Assembly (NCBI GenBank): GCA_026391215.1
Contig: JAPLDX010000008.1
Coordinates: 1-10,244, forward strand
From: Bacteroidia bacterium
GTDB lineage: Bacteria; Bacteroidota; Bacteroidia; Bacteroidales; VadinHA17
Direction of reading: 5' to 3'
Length of the DNA: 10,244 bases
Position 1 is the stretch's first letter, and the number at the start of each line of letters is the position of its first letter. Below are positions 6,906-10,244 of this stretch, piece by piece. The notes under the pieces are model-generated. The model saw only the letters and a list, made by a program, of their open reading frames with translations. It had not been told where the DNA came from and searched no databases. Both the position numbers and the translations under genes were made by a program.

Positions 6906-6924
6906 CAGGTTATTTTTCCTTAAC

Positions 6925-8817
6925 ATGAATACGGAAGAGAGCTTATTGTCGAAAATATCGTCACCTGAGGATCTCAGGAAGCTCGACCCTTCCGATCTGG
7001 TAAAGGTAAGTGCAGAGCTCAGACAGTTTATTATTGACTCTGTCAGTATTAATCCGGGTCACTTTGGCGCCAGTCTTGGAGTTGTAGAAATAACCGTGGC
7101 TCTTCATTATGTTTTCAATACTCCTTACGATAAGATTATTTGGGATGTTGGACATCAGGCATACGGACACAAGATCCTTACCGGCAGGCGTGATAAATTC
7201 ATGACCAACAGGAAATATAAGGGTATCAGCGGATTTCCGAAAATGGCTGAAAGCGAGTATGATTCATTCGGCACAGGGCATTCATCAACTTCAATTTCAG
7301 CAGCTCTCGGGATGGCTGTCGCTTCAAGGAGTAAAGGAGAGACAAGGCATATTGTTGCGGTGATTGGTGATGGAGCAATGACAGCAGGAGAAGCATTTGA
7401 AGGACTTAATAATGCAGGTATTGCAAAATCAGACCTGCTTGTCATTCTCAACGACAATAATATGGCTATCGATCCGAATGTCGGAGCGATGAAGGAATAC
7501 CTGCTTGACATTACAACAAGCAAAACATACAACAGATTCAAGAATAAAGTCTGGAATATGCTTGGCAGATTCGGCAGGTACGGTTCTAAATCACGTACGC
7601 TGGCTGCACAGATCGAAGCTGGTTTCAAGAGTACAATCCTCGATAGAAGCAACCTTTTTGAAGGTATGAATTTCAGGTATTTTGGCCCTATCGATGGACA
7701 TGATGTTCTTCACCTGACCAAAGTCCTTGAAGACCTTAAAAGGATTCCAGGGCCAAAGCTTCTTCATTGTCTTACAGTTAAAGGCAAGGGTTTTAAGCAG
7801 GCTGAAGAGCATCAGACTGCTTTTCATGCCCCGGGTAAATTTGATAAAGATACGGGTGAGATCATCGATATTCCGAATGGAGATTCTCTCCCTTCTTACC
7901 AGGAGGTTTTCGGAAAAACAATACTGGAGCTTGCCCGCAGGAACGAAAAAATCATGGGTATAACACCTGCTATGCCTACAGGTTGTTCATTATGCATTAT
8001 GATGAAGGAAATGCCTGAAAGAACATTCGATGTAGGGATCGCTGAACAGCATGCAGTTACTTTCTCTGCAGGCCTTGCTGCACAGGGTCTTATTCCCTTC
8101 TGCAATATTTATTCATCCTTCCTTCAGAGAGCATACGACCAGGTAATTCATGACGTTGCCCTTCAGAATCTCCATGTTGTATTTTGCATTGACCGCGGAG
8201 GCCTTGTCGGTGCAGATGGCGCAACACATCACGGATTTTTTGATCTCGCTTTCATGAGATCTATTCCCAATATGATCGTTGTTGCCCCCATGGACGCTAT
8301 GGAACTGCGTAACATAATGTACACTGCCCAGCTTGAAAAAAATAAAATGCCATTTTCAATACGATATCCGAGAGGGCGCAGCCTGATACAAGACTGGGAA
8401 AAGCCGTTTGAAGAAATTGAGATCGGTAAGGCGCGTCTGTTAAGACAAGGAAATGATATTGCTGTATTAAGCATCGGTCATCCTGGAAATGATGTCGCAG
8501 CAGTAGTGAAAAAACTCGAAAAGGAATCACTTTCTGTTGCCCATTGGGATATGAGGTTTGCTGCTCCGCTTGATAAAGAGGCGCTACATTCCGTTTTCAG
8601 AAAATTTAAAAAGCTCATCACTGTTGAAGATGGAGTTCTTAAGGGAGGATTTGGAAGTGCAGTGATTGAATTCATGTGCGACAATTCATATAATGCAGAG
8701 GTGAAGCGTCTTGGCATTCCCGACTATTTTGTGGAACAGGGCAGCCAGGAGGAACTTTACCATGAGTGCGGTTTTGATCAGGAAGGTATTGAAAAAAGTA
8801 TAAAAGAAATGCTATGA
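6925..8817 (+). CDS. dxs: 1-deoxy-D-xylulose-5-phosphate synthase
   Basis: Motifs GHFGASLG, WDVGHQAYGHK, GHSSTSISAALG, the ThDP motif GDGAMTAG...LNDN, VGIAEQHAV, DRGGLVGADGATHHG and IRYPRG. Start set at MNTEESLL (6925) rather than 6865. Confidence 0.97.
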   Translation: MNTEESLLSKISSPEDLRKLDPSDLVKVSAELRQFIIDSVSINPGHFGASLGVVEITVALHYVFNTPYDKIIWDVGHQAYGHKILTGRRDKFMTNRKYKGISGFPKMAESEYDSFGTGHSSTSISAALGMAVASRSKGETRHIVAVIGDGAMTAGEAFEGLNNAGIAKSDLLVILNDNNMAIDPNVGAMKEYLLDITTSKTYNRFKNKVWNMLGRFGRYGSKSRTLAAQIEAGFKSTILDRSNLFEGMNFRYFGPIDGHDVLHLTKVLEDLKRIPGPKLLHCLTVKGKGFKQAEEHQTAFHAPGKFDKDTGEIIDIPNGDSLPSYQEVFGKTILELARRNEKIMGITPAMPTGCSLCIMMKEMPERTFDVGIAEQHAVTFSAGLAAQGLIPFCNIYSSFLQRAYDQVIHDVALQNLHVVFCIDRGGLVGADGATHHGFFDLAFMRSIPNMIVVAPMDAMELRNIMYTAQLEKNKMPFSIRYPRGRSLIQDWEKPFEEIEIGKARLLRQGNDIAVLSIGHPGNDVAAVVKKLEKESLSVAHWDMRFAAPLDKEALHSVFRKFKKLITVEDGVLKGGFGSAVIEFMCDNSYNAEVKRLGIPDYFVEQGSQEELYHECGFDQEGIEKSIKEML

Positions 8818-9587
8818 AAAAGATTCTTATTCTGTTCGTTATTGCTTTTGTTGTGCTGTCATGCAAGACAAAGAAATCAGAAAACGGAGAGTGGATCCAA
8901 CTTTTCAACGGTAAGGATCTTACAGGTTGGGATATCAAGATCAAAGGTTCCGCTCTTAATGAGAACTACAAGAATACCTTCAGAGTCGAGGATGGTGTCA
9001 TGAAGGTTTGCTATGATGAATATGAAAAATTCAATAATGAATACGGGCATATCTTTTATAAAGAGCCCTTTTCTCATTATAAGCTCAGGATTGAATACCG
9101 TTTTACCGGGGAGCAGACTCCGGAAGGTCCCTCCTGGGCGTTCAGAAACAGCGGAGTGATGCTTCATTCACAATCAGCAGCATCAATGAATTTCGACCAG
9201 GATTTCCCTGTGTCAATTGAAGCTCAATTCCTTGGAGGCGACGGGGTGTCGGAGAGACCTACAGGTAATGTCTGTACTCCCGGAACAAACATAGTAATGA
9301 ATGGTGAGCTGATAACCCAGCACTGCACAAACTCCTCATCAAAAACTTATCATGGTGATGTCTGGGTTCATGCTGAGTTTGTTGTTCTGGGTGACAGTAT
9401 TATACATCATATTATTGAAGGAGATACTGTTCTTACATACACCAAACCACAGATAGGAGGTGATCTTCCGGAAGGATTTCCCCTGCCTGAGGGCACTTTA
9501 CTGAAAGGAGGTTATTTATGCCTGCAGGCCGAAAGCCACCCTGTGGAATTCAGAAAAGTTGAGTTGCTTGACCTGAGCAAGAAATAA
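8814..9587 (+). CDS. DUF1080 (3-keto-disaccharide hydrolase-like) lipoprotein
   Basis: Lipoprotein signal MKKILILFVIAFVVLSC. Typical DUF1080 motifs WIQLFNGKDLTGW, FRVEDG, LRIEYRF, NSGV and GYLCLQAESHPVEFRKVEL. ATGA overlap with dxs. Confidence 0.9.
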   Translation: MKKILILFVIAFVVLSCKTKKSENGEWIQLFNGKDLTGWDIKIKGSALNENYKNTFRVEDGVMKVCYDEYEKFNNEYGHIFYKEPFSHYKLRIEYRFTGEQTPEGPSWAFRNSGVMLHSQSAASMNFDQDFPVSIEAQFLGGDGVSERPTGNVCTPGTNIVMNGELITQHCTNSSSKTYHGDVWVHAEFVVLGDSIIHHIIEGDTVLTYTKPQIGGDLPEGFPLPEGTLLKGGYLCLQAESHPVEFRKVELLDLSKK

Positions 9588-9593
9588 AATTCC

Positions 9594-9601
9594 TATTTTT
9601 G
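9594..9601 (+). promoter_or_regulatory. Bacteroidota primary-sigma -7 box for tRNA-Leu
   Basis: TATTTTTG(C) matches TAnnTTTG, 36 nt upstream of the tRNA 5' end. Confidence 0.65.
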
Positions 9602-9604
9602 CAG

Positions 9605-9632
9605 ACCTGCAGGACCGCATGACTGCAGGACC
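9605..9632 (+). repeat. Short degenerate 8-bp tandem repeat in the tRNA leader
   Basis: ACCTGCAG-GACCGCAT-GACTGCAG-GACC. An exact 10-mer, CTGCAGGACC, occurs at 9607-9616 and 9623-9632. Confidence 0.55.
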
Positions 9633-9637
9633 ATTTT

Positions 9638-9721
9638 GCCCGGATGGCGGAATTGGTAGACGCGCTGGTCTCAAACACCAGTGGCAGCAATGCTGTGCGG
9701 GTTCAATTCCCGCTCCGGGTA
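9638..9721 (+). tRNA. tRNA-Leu (anticodon CAA)
   Basis: Acceptor stem GCCCGGA/TCCGGGT plus discriminator A. D-arm region TGGCGGAATTGGTAGACGC. Anticodon arm CTGGT-CTCAAAC-ACCAG with CAA at 9672-9674. Long variable arm GCAGCAATGCTGT and T-arm GCGGG-TTCAATT-CCCGC. CCA is not encoded. Confidence 0.97.
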
Positions 9722-9736
9722 CAAATCTCAACCGAT

Positions 9737-9771
9737 TCCCAGCCTGACTCTTGACGCGGTCAGGTATGGGA
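9737..9771 (+). terminator. Stem-loop downstream of the tRNA (possible terminator or processing signal)
   Basis: TCCCA/TGGGA and GCCTGACT/GGTCAGGT pair, with two G-U pairs and one bulge. No U-tract follows, so it is not a canonical intrinsic terminator. Confidence 0.35.
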
Positions 9772-9896
9772 GATAATAACTCAGGTTACTTTTATCAGGT
9801 GCTTTTCCTTAGGGTAAAATCAATCATTCATGTATTTAAATTGATGATATTTATATACTTTTATTGAACATTACCAGGTTATTGCAATCATATGAA

Positions 9897-10244
9897 ATGA
9901 AGACAAGCAAGTTTATATTCTTTCTCTTCCTTGTCTGCATATATGACCTGACTTCGCTCTATGGACAAAGCTCCAGTGGCAGAAACCTGGATTTCAGACT
10001 TGGCAATTTTACTAACTGGACCGGGTATACATGGAGGTTCAGTAATGAAGTGCCTTCTATAAACACAAATCCGGTATCCGGTTTTGTCAGCAGGAGGCAT
10101 ACTATTATGTCAGACACTACTGAATATGATGCAAATACGGGATATGCCCTGAAAAAAATCCCATCAGGTTACCTGTATTCCGCACGTCTTGGAGATGAGA
10201 TCACAAGTGCAGATAGGGCGCCAAGATGCTGGGAACAGAGCCTG
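9897..10244 (+). CDS. Secreted protein N-terminus (3'-truncated by the window edge), resembling Bacteroidota PKD/gliding-motility-CTD (T9SS cargo) proteins
   Basis: Open frame from ATG 9897 to the window end: MKTSKFIFFLFLVCIYDLTSLYG|QSSSGRNLDFRLGNFTNWTGYTW...RRHTIMSDTTEYDANTGYALKKIPSGYLYSARLGDE... It has a signal peptide with Gln at +1. The NxxFxxGNFTNWTG / RHTIM / YSxRLG pattern is one I recall from such proteins. Not in the ORF track. Confidence 0.75.
   Translation, partial: MKTSKFIFFLFLVCIYDLTSLYGQSSSGRNLDFRLGNFTNWTGYTWRFSNEVPSINTNPVSGFVSRRHTIMSDTTEYDANTGYALKKIPSGYLYSARLGDEITSADRAPRCWEQSL

Noticed and set aside
6865-6924. N-terminal extension of Dxs from the ATG at 6865
   Set aside because: It contains the TAnnTTTG promoter box and is not Dxs-like; the ATG at 6925 fits better.
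9516-9731. 71-aa minus-strand ORF
   Set aside because: Antisense shadow of tRNA-Leu and the 3' end of the DUF1080 gene.
280-10100. Remaining short (61-165 aa) alternative-frame or antisense ORFs in the track
   Set aside because: All overlap well-supported genes and show no recognisable motifs.
9722-10244. Genomic island integrated at tRNA-Leu
   Set aside because: No integrase and no duplicated tRNA 3' end in the window; the AT-rich stretch is consistent with ordinary intergenic DNA.

Overview
Chromosomal segment with Bacteroidota (probably Bacteroidales) hallmarks: TAnnTTTG -7 promoter boxes, signal peptides cleaved before Gln, and DUF1080 and CarbopepD_reg_2 proteins. From left to right: the 3' end of an IS481/IS3-type transposase whose right end abuts a REP-like hairpin; a radical SAM/SPASM gene (-); and a four-gene + strand operon (exported CarbopepD_reg-like protein, ECF sigma factor, FecR anti-sigma factor, and a paralog of the first protein with an added STN domain). 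These are followed by an OmpA/MotB-C-like coiled-coil lipoprotein (-), dxs coupled to a DUF1080 lipoprotein, tRNA-Leu(CAA), and the 5' part of a secreted protein missing from the ORF track. The most notable feature is the ECF/FecR/STN module. It has all the parts of FecIRA-type cell-surface signalling but no TonB-dependent beta-barrel. The STN domain is instead fused to a barrel-less protein with a LolA/RseB-like motif, and the STN-less paralog sits behind a candidate ECF promoter. Family assignments come from motif recognition by eye; no searches were run.
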